NCBI GenBank assembly: GCA_051362555.1
Contig: CM120641.1
Coordinates: 9,920,001-9,984,000, forward strand
DNA from: Lingula anatina
Taxonomy: Eukaryota; Animalia; Brachiopoda
Reading direction: 5' to 3'
DNA length: 64,000 nucleotides
The notes under the pieces are model-generated. The model did not search any database. It was not told the origin of the DNA and saw only the letters and a program-made list of their open reading frames with translations. The first letter of the stretch is position 1. Every line of letters begins with the position of its first letter. Position numbers and translations under genes: made by a program. Of this stretch, positions 52,185 to 64,000 are shown piece after piece.

Positions 52185-55100
52185 ACAAATGCGCTTGTAC
52201 GTATACTATAAAACAACACAAACACAAAGCCCCTTTCTTATTCCGTGTCTATCCTTTATCTTATTGAATTGAATTGGAATGATCATTCTACTATAAATTT
52301 TTGTCTGAGTCATGGACCATGTGTTATTAGCTGACATGAATGTGACGGCAACTTTCTTTGTTTCTTAGCTTAAGACTACTGAGTTACGCGCTGGACCTGG
52401 GTTCTAAATAAATTATGATTATGCCTGCAGATTTATCACGCCAGCAGCGTTCTCTAACAATAAGTGGATCATATCACCCTCGCACACCATCTTGTAAAAT
52501 GACAATAGCAGGGTAGCAGATGGCTCGGTAGCCAATGTTTTGATTCCATAGCAACCGTCTACCCAAATATAAACAATTGCTTGTCATTTTCGCGTCTGCT
52601 GCAGACAAAAGATAACCCGTCTGGATTCATGATTCGCTGATAAGTCGAGTGAAAAGGAGGGGCGCCTTTTTCTTTGTTGTGTGTAGACATCCATAACAAA
52701 GACATTTTCCTAGCGACAACCAACGTGGCAGGTATTGTCGTAATTTTTGTCGAATTGAAAGTTTTGGTGTTGCTTTTAATTGCGAACACTGGGAATGCAT
52801 ACAGTAGTTGTTGATAGGGATAGATGTCATCAAAAAAAGGTAGGTGTAACATTGTATCTATTTCAGGTGAAAATCACACAATGCCTCCTTTCTAGGTTTG
52901 TCACTTCTTGCGGATAGGTGATGGATCAGTTGCAATTTTTGTCCTGAAAAGAAGGAATTTTCGAACAAATAAGTGCGACACCTAACCATTTACCCCTAAG
53001 CCCTTGTGTATGTGATACAGTCATTGTTGATTCTATTTTGAGGACTAAGTGCACCTTTGGCAAGATGCTAAAATACCGGTCTCCAAGGTGGGTCTTGTAA
53101 ACATATGTAACCCTTTACAGGATAAAATGAAGGACAAAGTAAAATATATCATAATGTCATCTGTCCCCATGCATCAGTAACGCCCAAATAGGATTTATTT
53201 TGAAAGCTCTCACTGAAGCTCGATAAAACTAGTAAAACGAAATACATATATTGATTTTAGTTGAAATGGACAACAGCAGACAATACAAAGGCACTCTCCC
53301 ACCCACGCAAACCATGTATCTCAGAGCGACATTGAAATCAGATTGTAATTTCTGCTGATGTTTCTTTGTCTAATTTTTCCGACATTACAAATAAATATAT
53401 TTAAATACAGTGGTACTCATCACATGATCCGCTGAAAACGTTTAATGCAAAATGTCCATGATCGTATACAATTTTATACTCATGTAGTGGTTGCTTCCTA
53501 TCATTTTCCATTTAATTCTATTTAATAATAAAGGTCGTACGCTATACAGGATTATGGCAGTGAAAATGCAATTCATAATTATATAAATTTCCCTTCACTG
53601 GCGTAATCTGCAGTTTACTCATCAGCCACCATTCTGTAGAGTTCCAAGCCCAAACATAACTTATAAAAGTATGCCATTTTAAAGCAACCTTTCTCTTTAT
53701 TTGGTTCAAGTTCAATGGATAGTTGCATGCACTCTGTGCATTTTCACTGCGTGTAAAAATGCAGTTTTCAGACGGGACATAAAGTCAATTATTCAAAAGT
53801 AACAGGCCTTTAGCGCTATTTAAAATGATAATAAATAATAAATTAACTATTTAAAATGATAATAAATAATAAATAAATAAATAAAATAAGAAGATGTAAA
53901 AGAATAGGAATCCCGTAAACGGCCCTTTAATTAATGTAGTGTATTTTTGATTTCTAAGGAAAGGCTAAGAGGAAAATAACTTGACCGGGCAAAAGAAAGG
54001 GCTGTTCTTGGGTTTTTACATACTGATATATAATTTTAGGCGGAGACGATTACTTATATGAATTATTTATATCACTTGTAAAAAAAAAATATTTGTCAAA
54101 TAGTCAATACAATCGTAAAATTAGGGTTATGGGCATTACTTTTACTTCTACGTTCAGAGAAAATGCACATTTTGAGCAGAGATATGACTTTTAAAAAAAG
54201 TTGCGCTTTATTCATTAGCGCAGGCTATTCGATTGAACACAAGAAATGTTTCAGATAAAAAAAAATGGAAATGCGTCTTTTAGGGTGTTGTTTCAACCCA
54301 TGCGTGAAAGGGTCCAATCCCTTAATCTTTATTTAATATTTCATAACATAATGAGTGTTTTACGAGTTAAAAGCACGGATATTGTGTTTAAAGCGACATT
54401 TGCATAATATCAATTGACTATTTTAAAACAATATGCATAAAACATACAACTAGTCGTTTATTGTGGACTCCATCAAGGGAATCAAATCAGAATATGCCCA
54501 TCATGCAGTATATAATTGTTTTTCCGCATTTGATGGAGGAGGGGGGATAGGAAGTTAAAACATTATTCTCACATATTTGACACTGCCTCACGTACCAACG
54601 TCCATTTGTTAGGGAGAAAAAGCGGAATGGGAAGAAAAGAAAAGACAGGAAAACAGAGCTGGTTTTTGGTTTGTTACACATTAGGAATGAATCCTCATTG
54701 AAACCTGGCCATCTTTACACTTTACGTCCTTATCTAATAATCTTCTGATATGGTGAATTCTAGAAAGATTGCAATTTGACGAGCATAGAAAACTGTGGCG
54801 CTTTTTTAAAATCATTTTTCTCTATATTCATTGAATATGAACAACTGAGTGTAAAAGGCATCAAATATTGACAAGGTCATATGACATCACAGAAATTGTC
54901 GAAATCATGGAAGGTAGTAATTTGTCTGGGACTGATCAAGATCATGATCAAAACTACTAAATTGCAAACAAAAAGTAAAATCGGAAATTGAGGGAGACAG
55001 AAAATACGTTAATAACAACCTGTTAGGCTGGGGATCCTTCGCACATGTCACACAGGTGGGGATTTTCATTACGTCGTAGTGCGGCCTAAAGTGCATTGTT

Positions 55101-55272
55101 CATCAAAAACTGGCTGTAGGCCTACTCAACCCCCCCCCCCCCCCCACCGCTTTTAAATGTAGATATCATTTCTGCTTAATCAAGTTATTGCGAATTAATA
55201 CCATGCCACCTGAATATGCCACATCATCCGTTTTATCTTTGGTCGGAACGTTGGCCACGGAAGACATAACAT

Positions 55273-57697
55273 CTATAGGGGGCCTACTTCTAGAATACTT
55301 TGACATCCATTGACACGATTATGTTGTTGCCTAGGCAACGCTGGAAAAATGAAACATGTTGCAACAGGACATATAAGATTACAAATAACAGTCTGTGGAA
55401 TCATTTGAAACAATGCCATAATATCTTGTTTCCTAGAAAATGTCATAGGGGGACTAGGTTCGCAGTATTGGCGCATGTACTGGGTATACATACTTCCAAC
55501 TACAATAATGCCAAAAATTAAACGTGAAAGTAAGAAGAATATGCACAGCATCTTATCAAGCATTTTTGTCTTAAACCTCTGTAGATCTTTTCGTATAACA
55601 TAGAGACCTGTGGTGTGGATCTCAAAGGTATTTTTCCTTTTCTTCAAATGAAAATATGCGTTTGGGTAGTTATTATTTTGATGCTGAATAGGACACCCGC
55701 GAAGAAAATAAGCCATCTCCAATGTCGGGTCTTTGATGGTGCTCAATCCTCTCTTGATTGAAGACGATGTTGGTAATCTGAAATCAGTATTAAGACTTTC
55801 CTTCAACCTTACACTGCAATCAAAGGGAGGGTTTAGCAACATAAAGCCTATAGAACTTTTGAATTACTCGAACTTCACCCAGAACCGCCTTTGGCAACAT
55901 CAATTTGTAGTTAGGCGAAATCGCACAATGCAGTAATCTTGGGGGATTTCGAAATGTTCAATATATCCAGTCGCAGTGGCCAAACTAAGAAATCGAATAG
56001 CCGGCTGGCTGTCCGAAGGAAGATCGCCCAGAGAGAGAAAAAACTCAAGTTTGTTATCAGTTAATGAACCAGTCATGGGCGCTAGGTTTACTTTTATTGA
56101 CTTTGATTTCAATAACAGATAAAGAAAACCCGATAAGAATTCATTTGAGAAGGAGATACGAATCGAACGGGCTCCCCTGGTATTGTCCGTATGATATTAA
56201 TGGATGACTGTTTCGAAAGAAGCTATTCATGTTTAAGCACTTCACGAGTGCTCTTCTCTCTGCGCCAGCAGCGAAATGCTTGTATCCAACAGTTGCTTAC
56301 AATCGGTCTTGATGTCTTCTAACATGAGCGATCGATTAACGAATCTTCCCAGCATCACCGTCATCATCAGACCAGCAACCCTTAATTTCTTTTGCAAAGA
56401 TTCTTATGTGATGTCGCCCATCTTGATATGCCGCTGTTTGCCAATTTTTCCGATCATTTTGCCAGCTCAGGGGTGTATACATGCATAATAAGCTGTCGGT
56501 ATTTTATTTTTAGTGCCATTGGGTGTCTTGGCGTTATTCTTTATAGATTTTACCTCAGGGTTTTAGGGATAAGGCCGACCGTTTCATCAACGTCTTTTTT
56601 AAGTATTCACACGTATCAAAGCAACTTCATCACGGTCACTGCCGGTTACTGCAGGTTAAAAAAATCCTATGTTGGATGCTTATGATAAAAAGAGGTACTA
56701 GTAGTAATGGATAATATATAAATGTACACCTTTTAAAGATATTATCCTAGTGTTTCTATCGTGTGCTTGAAGTTAATTATTATTTTTTTGTTTTTGTTTT
56801 TTGCTTTTTGAATTAATAATCAAAACGTTAGCTTCAAATTTACAGCATGGCTGTTGAATCATATAAAGTGGTCCTTTCCAACAAGCAGACATTATTCATT
56901 TAGCTTAGTCTATGACTTTTAGATTCTTGTTCAGTGTGTACATATTCAACTCAGATCAACAGGTTTTCTGCTGCAAAATACTATTTTCTAAATGCTTCTG
57001 TTCTAAAACATACTCGTCCCCGGTGTTTAAAAAAAGGTCAACCGATTGCTGTTCATACTGGAATTCACTGCCATTTATCTGTTCCCCACAGATATTAGCC
57101 AGATAAAGCTTAAAAGAATAACACAACCGATAATTCCATTAGTATAACAACTAAAAGCTTTTATAAATTTGTATGAATAAGCTTAGACTTGGCTATTTTT
57201 TTCGTAATTTCAGTTGGGCTGTATCGAACAGATGATACAATATAGAGCATATGGTCTGGCTTCTGTTCTTCCACTTATGTGCCTCGAATGTGTGACTAAT
57301 CTTCTCGTCATTTGGAATTATGGCACTTATAATGGAAGCATCCCTGAACGTGCAAGATCTGCCCAAATTGGATCATAAGATGTGTTCTCTGGCCATATGC
57401 ACGCCTTGCCCATTCGATAGATCATAAGGAAATTTCATTGACAGAAGTTCCTTTGGATCAATATCTCAATCAAATGTTCTCCGTACAAATGTAATAAAAA
57501 CGACCCTTCAGTGCTTCGCCCCGTGCCGCAGACGTAGAATTTGGACAGCACAAGATTGGTTCTTATTGATAATAATTTCCTGGCATGACTGGGTCGGGTG
57601 GTAATTTATTACCGCTGTTCTATTGCAGTATCAAAGTAAACGGGTCGTTATTTTTTAGTTTGAGCACGCCCTCGCTGGAAATAAACGCTGCCGCCAT
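55273..57697 (-). pseudogene. Decayed intronless coding relic of unidentified origin (possible endogenous viral or TE gene)
   Basis: TATATATA then AAAATGGCGGCA start at 57697, followed by protein-like stretches broken by isolated stops and frameshifts. ORFs 56112-55900 and 55842-55273 are in the same frame. No homolog recognised. Confidence 0.35.
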
Positions 57698-60600
57698 TTT
57701 GACCTATATATATATATTACAGCAACGACTTGCAATTCCAGACATCCCAAAGCTCCAACTGTTTCATTTGTTCAAAATAGACAACACTGGCTGACTCTGT
57801 GAAACAATTATATAATGCAATGATTCTGTTTGATTAAATTATGGAAACCTATGGTACCTTCAAACTATTTACATTTGCCACTGTCGTCCATTATGTTTTT
57901 CAACCAATTTTCATACTAACGTTTCTAACGTTTTGTTTCAGCATATTTAATGTGAATAAGTTTATCAATATTTTTTCCGTGGCGCAATGTATATATATAT
58001 ATACATGTTTAACTCTGATAAATTGTTTTTACTGTAGTTTCAGACAATGAATCTCTTTTGTTCTTTATTTGAAATAATTTATTGTATTCTTAAAACGGTA
58101 GACCTGCATACATTGCAGTGTGTTGTCATTTCAATTCCAGGTTATTTCCCGTGCTCTATTCACGCACACACCCACATATACATATATCCAAAGATCAACA
58201 ACCCTGACTCGATAGAACATAATGCAATATATCGTAAATTCATCTTTCGACTGTGTTTTATAAGCGTGGTTAGTGCAGTTGCTCTTGTTGATGTGAATCA
58301 TCATTAATTTATTGAATACTTGGTCGGCTTTCTTGGAACAGAGGTTAGTCATTGGTCAGTGCATTTTACAATTTAGTTAATGTTAAAAACATTTTAGTGA
58401 ATTCATACAACGTTGTCGATTACAATACTACTGATGGGTGACACGCAGATGACCCACGGCAAATAACTCGACTGGGAGATATTCTAATATCCGCTGGTTT
58501 AACGAACCAAAGATTAGCTCACTTTCACATGATAGTGGAGCTAGAAGCGATTGGACAGAGCATGGCCAGTGACGATGATGATGATGATGACTTGACGCTT
58601 ACGTCAGAAAACACGAGGGATACGAATCAGATTGTTGGGAGTCTGGGCATCATCATGTTGCACGAAGTCAAAAATGCTAAAAGCCATATTTTGAGCATAA
58701 GAATTGAATTGATCAAAATCCAAGATGACAGGATGAATGTTTGAGCCAGGTTTGCAGTAATTAGACCCGTATTAAATTTATCAATTTCTTAAGAAAGGGG
58801 CATCTATATCTGGTTCGTCTTCTCCATCCGTCTAGGAAGACATAATCAGATTAGAGAAGCATACTAAAATGGTCTTTCAAATTACCCTGTAACCTCTAGG
58901 GTCTTATTTTAATGGTTCCTTAACACATGCAGGCGCATGCTAAGGCAAAAAATCTATAAAATCAACCTAGTATTCTTTGCTTCATGTTGAAAGCCCGGCT
59001 GTGGAGGAAAACGTCATTGTTTGCAAACGGTTTGCCAACGGAAATATGCAGAAGAGCTGTAAGTGTTGAAACGGAAATAGTTAAATGGGTGAAAAAACAG
59101 CCAGGAAGGGACTTAGGATTCGCTTGCCACCTTGACAAATACAGCATATTAGCCGAGTAATATTCCATTTCTCTCTTGGAAAATTGATGTCATTTACTTT
59201 AATTTGTGGGACAATGCATGATTAATCCGAACTCGGCCATGTTGTCTTTCCCAGGGGGAGATTAAGTGCTAATGATTTTTGGGCAAGGCTTACGCCGTAA
59301 TCAAGATTAAGCCGATAAAACCAGAACCCCATTTCGTTTTGGGATCATTTCGCGTCGTGCAGTCCGGACAGTCGTATATACGCAGTTCATCTCTTACAAC
59401 AGCCCTGCTCCATACAAAGTCAACCCTATGAAGATAAAGACGGACAGGCTGTCTTGCTTAATATAAAGTCTACTCAGTGGATGCGAACGACTCGTCGAAT
59501 CACCGACAAACCAGCCTATATTGCATAATCATTTTATTCCAGTCAACGCTCAGTGAACACCACAATGACATGCGACCAAGCAGCTTGAAAAGAGCAGGAT
59601 GGAGTGGAGATGGAGTAGTTGTAATTACACACGGGATACCGGCACTGTGGCTGCCAGCGACTAAATCTACTCTGACGCCAACCAAGCCCGACACTGTGGC
59701 CGCATTCGTGGGACAGTAATATGCGCTTTCATGATTTCAAACCAGGTAAGAATCTTCAATTCACGTACGTTAAAGAGAAAATGGTTTTGTATTTTGAAAA
59801 AAAAGCGCATCAATCGCATTTCAGACTTAAAGGTAGGGATTTTTTCATGTCAGGGAACAGCACCGTTTCTTCTTTCGATAAGTTGTGTGAAAATGTATAG
59901 CAAATCTCACAGAAGGGGAAAAAACCAGAAGTACATGTGGGCCAATATGGTAAAACGTTATTGCGTGCACTTCTTTTTCCGTGTGCATGTATTATTTAGT
60001 TGAATGTTGTATACAAGGTGGTACGTATACATATTGATTAAGTGTAGAAACTGATGACATTTCGGTCGGAGGGCGATTTATCTTTGCAACACGCCCATCG
60101 CGAAATGGTAAAGCAGACGACATGGAAGGTTATGAGGTTTGTGTCACCAGGGGGCGTAAAGTTGATGACGAAAGAGGTCAGTCGCGGTGATTGAGTGAAT
60201 AAGGCGGACGAATACGGAGTTGAATCAGAAAAACCGGTTTGACGGGGAACCAGTAGGTGACAGAGACTAATTACTGAATGCAGCGCCTGGCCAGTTCTCC
60301 GTGCACCGCCAACCAGTGCGTGCCATGCGGTGCAAAACTATCCAGTCACACCAGTGAGCCTAAGCCTTGGCATGCGGTAATTTTGGCCTTAGATGTGTGA
60401 AACACTTCCGTAGGTGACAAGATAGGTTTATTCTTTCTCACCATTTCTTGTGAACTTGCCAGGCAGCAGTTCACGATTAAGACGAACGTACGCGTATTCC
60501 GTATAACATGGTTGGATGCATAGGTGAGTTTTCCGATTAGTTTTTCTTTTTTAATTGAGGATTTTCATTTACCCGTTTTATACTTATACAGAGATATATA

Positions 60601-63600
60601 CTCTTGTTCCTGCTTGACATGTTGGCTAATCTTCGTTAGAAAAAAAGGCAAACATTATTCACGGCGCTTTTGCACATGGCCAATTTCTCTTGCGTTATGA
60701 ATAGAATAATGAAATAGTCGGAAATGATCTTTGAGCATGTGAGAGTCAACGTGCCAGAGCTACATCCAAGTTTGAATTAAGATATATTGCCGTTTGGACC
60801 ATTTTCAACAGATAATGATGGCGCTTATGACGTGGCACATTAGCTTGTGCATGTGGCAGGGTGAAAAGATTAAATCGATAATTTTATCACAACAATACAA
60901 CATCACATCCCTGTAAAATGGGTAGACTTTGAGCCAATATTTATAATATGGTTATTATTTTCTTGAATGGGCCATTGTTATACCTTCGGCATTCGGTGTT
61001 GGACTGATAATGGGCACGACTGAGTGCTTTTTCATAAATTGGGTCATTGTCATCATGGTTTGATATTTGCTCTGTGGTTGGTCATATGAGACAGCTTGGG
61101 GTGTGCATGTAATTGTATTTCTATTCTTACAATGCGACGAGGTCGCTGTATTTGTGATACAGTTTGTCGGTCATGTAATCTTATTATCACCACGCTGGAA
61201 AAATTCGTACGCGTAATCAGTTCGAACAATGGTCATCGAAATAGGCGGCCACCCCAGCACGTGAAGAGGGCAAGCGAAATAGACGCGTCCACTGTGAATC
61301 GGTAGGTGGACTCGAATGTCTTTTGTTGATTACACAACGCAATGGAATTTATTTTTGTGAGATGGAACTTAATGTTAGTGTAAGAGTGTTGGAATAGGTC
61401 GTATAAGGGTCGGTTTGTTCTTAAATACGGAGTCGCCAGCATCCAGCCAAACGGGGACATCGTGAGGCATTTCAACAATAGCGGGTGTGTCCTCTTTGAA
61501 TGGGACGGGCAGATAGGTGGCCGCATACCTGTGCATGGAAGCGTATCAACTCACACAGGAAATGGGCACAATGAATATTTTCACTTTAGATTGACAAAAT
61601 GTGTATTATAAGTGCAGAGATATGGGGAGCATCTTTTGTGCTGATGGAATGCCGACGTGTTATTCATGCATGATAATAGTCGTATCTTTTATATGTATAA
61701 GAAAGTTGACATAGATCTGCGTGTAGCGAACCAGTTTTAATACTTATCAAAGTAAGACTAAGCTTCAACAAATCTAATGATATAAAAGGCTCAAATACTT
61801 GTGTTATTCGTTTTTCTTACAAACAGTATACACGGGGCTGGTTAGGGAGTATTTTTTCTATCACCGAGGACACGATTCTGAGAGGTAAGAAGGTACAGGT
61901 TATGTATGTCTTAATACCAGTGACAAAGGTAGCTCAATGTATAATAGCCACTTTATTTAGAGTCACCTGCAGCTAGATTGTCATTCACGTGGTGGTATTA
62001 TTGCCAATCCCACTCGCTCTATATATGTAATAAACCCTCATATCTGTAAGTCGTGCCAATATATCCGCTTGAGAACATCCCATTTTCTTCATTTATATAT
62101 AAACCTGCATATTAAATTGGTTTAATATATACGTGCTCAAAATCGTTGACATCGACAAATTGCACGCCTCCGGCCAACCATAAAGCAACTCAAAGACGCG
62201 TACGTTCTTATCAGCTCTTTCGGATTGATGAGTTTTATGACTGCTCACCATAACGATTGTACAAGGTAAGAAGACAAACTAGTTATTCGAGTTGGACAAG
62301 GTCATTCTTTCAATGTGTTCAGCTCTCGGTTGTAGAGGTAAGAATACCTATGCCAGGAGGTGGTCTCATTAATGTTCCTGTGTAATGACCGGGTAGGATG
62401 GGGAAACCTATAAATACGTCACGACCATTGTTTGTTTGAAGCCCAAAACGTGAAAGTGTCGTAGTCATGTGGTATTACAAGGTTTGAGATGAACGCGTTT
62501 TCCCCTTCAGCAAGGTAAGGTGTGTAGGTATTTTCTACAAAACGATTTACGTTTTGGGGTGTTCTCTTGTATAAATTCTTAACTTTTATCCATTTGAAAA
62601 TACAAGTTATTTACTACACAAAGAATAAAAAGCACCGCTGCTGCTCATTGCGTTCCGTGGAGACACAAACCGTGTGAATTACCGCAGCGACTGATGCATA
62701 TTCGCTTTCCCAAATATCCCAGAATTTGAACAGACTATTCCATTAGTACCCCCAGGTCCCGTTTAGTAGGTTGCACACTGCACTCTGTCGATATAAAAAG
62801 CTTCTGTTTCCATTCCCATAAGGCATTCCATACATATGATTAATGCGATTAAGGTACAGCCAGCAATTTACAAATGGCGAGGTATAACGATTTTCTACAT
62901 TTTGGGTCGAAGCGAGGATGGGGCAGATGTTCCCGTTGCAAATTATCTGTACATGTTAAGGGCGAGTAGATTTTGTCGACACTCTTTTTACCGAGAGTGT
63001 TATTGATCGTTGTTGTGAATGTAATTCATGGACGAGACCCATGTTAAAATGATCAGATGACGTATGGTTAAGCCCAAGCAGATGCCCCCTTGACAGAGTA
63101 TTATCTTGCACAGCTGCTAACCCGAGATAAATGCTTCCCTACAAATGGCGGCTTTATTGTTCATTAGTGTCCAGTCGGCGTAATTTATTCTATCTAATAA
63201 CGTATGTAAATGCGGGTTACCGAATTTGGCATAATGCATTCACACAAATGACACTTCTGGATTTTGTAATCAGATATTACGTGGAGACGTGGTTTGAAAG
63301 AAAGGGAAGACGCTTTGGTCTGTTGAAGATGGGTCGGGATGAAACGGTAGCCTAATCGACGAAGCATATCCAGACACTGAGATATTGCGTTTGTGGTTTA
63401 ATCAAAAGATTTCTTTCTACATGTCAACTACTCTTTATCGCTTTATCTTTTCAGGTTTTGGAACGCGGTGCGGTCGCAGCCCCTACCGATTCCTCAAGCG
63501 ACACACTAGGACGACAGCGTCTTTCTTCGTGTTAGTGTTGCTTCACAAGGCACAGCAGTGGCTTATTGAGAGAGAAAGAAGCAAGGAATCCATGTTAAGC

Positions 63601-63792
63601 ACAACTTATATACGTGTGGCTACCCATCTTTGTATGGAGTACCCTTATCATTCTTCGTCCACCATAATTTGCATGTCAAACTGCTGACGTGTGTCAGAAC
63701 TGTGTGTGTGGAGCGCAAACGTGGCGGTGAATGTAATATGTACATAGTATGTGGGACGAGTTGAATGGTTAGGTATATATGCATGTGCTGTG

Positions 63793-63794
<2 letters not shown>

Positions 63795-63827
<33 letters not shown>

Positions 63828-63850
63828 AGGGAGAGAGAGAGGGGTGCACG

Positions 63851-63882
<32 letters not shown>
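63795..63882. repeat. Compound (TG)n/(GA)n microsatellite
   Basis: Read directly. Confidence 0.9.
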
Positions 63883-63884
<2 letters not shown>

Positions 63885-64000
63885 GACGCAATGGATAGAA
63901 TTTATGTTTATGAAATTTGGGTAGATTGAGTGTCGTTTCTTTATTATTCGCAAGTTGCCAGTTACAAATGTATGTAGTACGACAAATAGTTTAAGTAGTT

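Noticed and set aside
52510-52560. tRNA/SINE-like A-box (TGGCTCGGTAG)
   Set aside because: No B-box or cloverleaf can be formed.
45000-55000. Scattered 60-100 aa ORFs
   Set aside because: Low complexity or alternative starts, with no domain motifs or consistent splice structure; expected by chance.

Overview
AT-rich, intron-containing animal genomic DNA; an invertebrate bilaterian, probably a mollusc or other lophotrochozoan (inference from gene structure and repeat types). No prokaryotic operons, CRISPR arrays, rRNA or tRNA genes were seen. The first 45 kb is gene-dense, and six spliced genes could be reconstructed by hand with GT-AG boundaries and consistent phase: ATG14 (5' two exons, -), CGRRF1 (+, 6 exons, one U12-type intron), TOGARAM1/crescerin (-, 22 exons, ~1903 aa), FBXO28 (+, 4 exons), a GM2-activator-like (ML-domain) secreted protein that the ORF track does not show as one ORF (-, 4 exons, 204 aa, divergent cysteine pattern), and an M13 neprilysin/ECE-like peptidase (+, 19 exons, 762 aa, non-canonical EDTSD and CDVF motifs). 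The six genes form three head-to-head pairs. Mobile DNA includes a full-length dead Tc1/mariner, an adjacent Helentron-type HINE and several MITEs. The last 19 kb has no recognisable intact gene. It holds candidate alternative first exons of a gene extending beyond the window and a ~2.4 kb decayed, intronless, unidentified coding relic (55.3-57.7 kb, -). No wholly new multi-gene system could be demonstrated from sequence alone.
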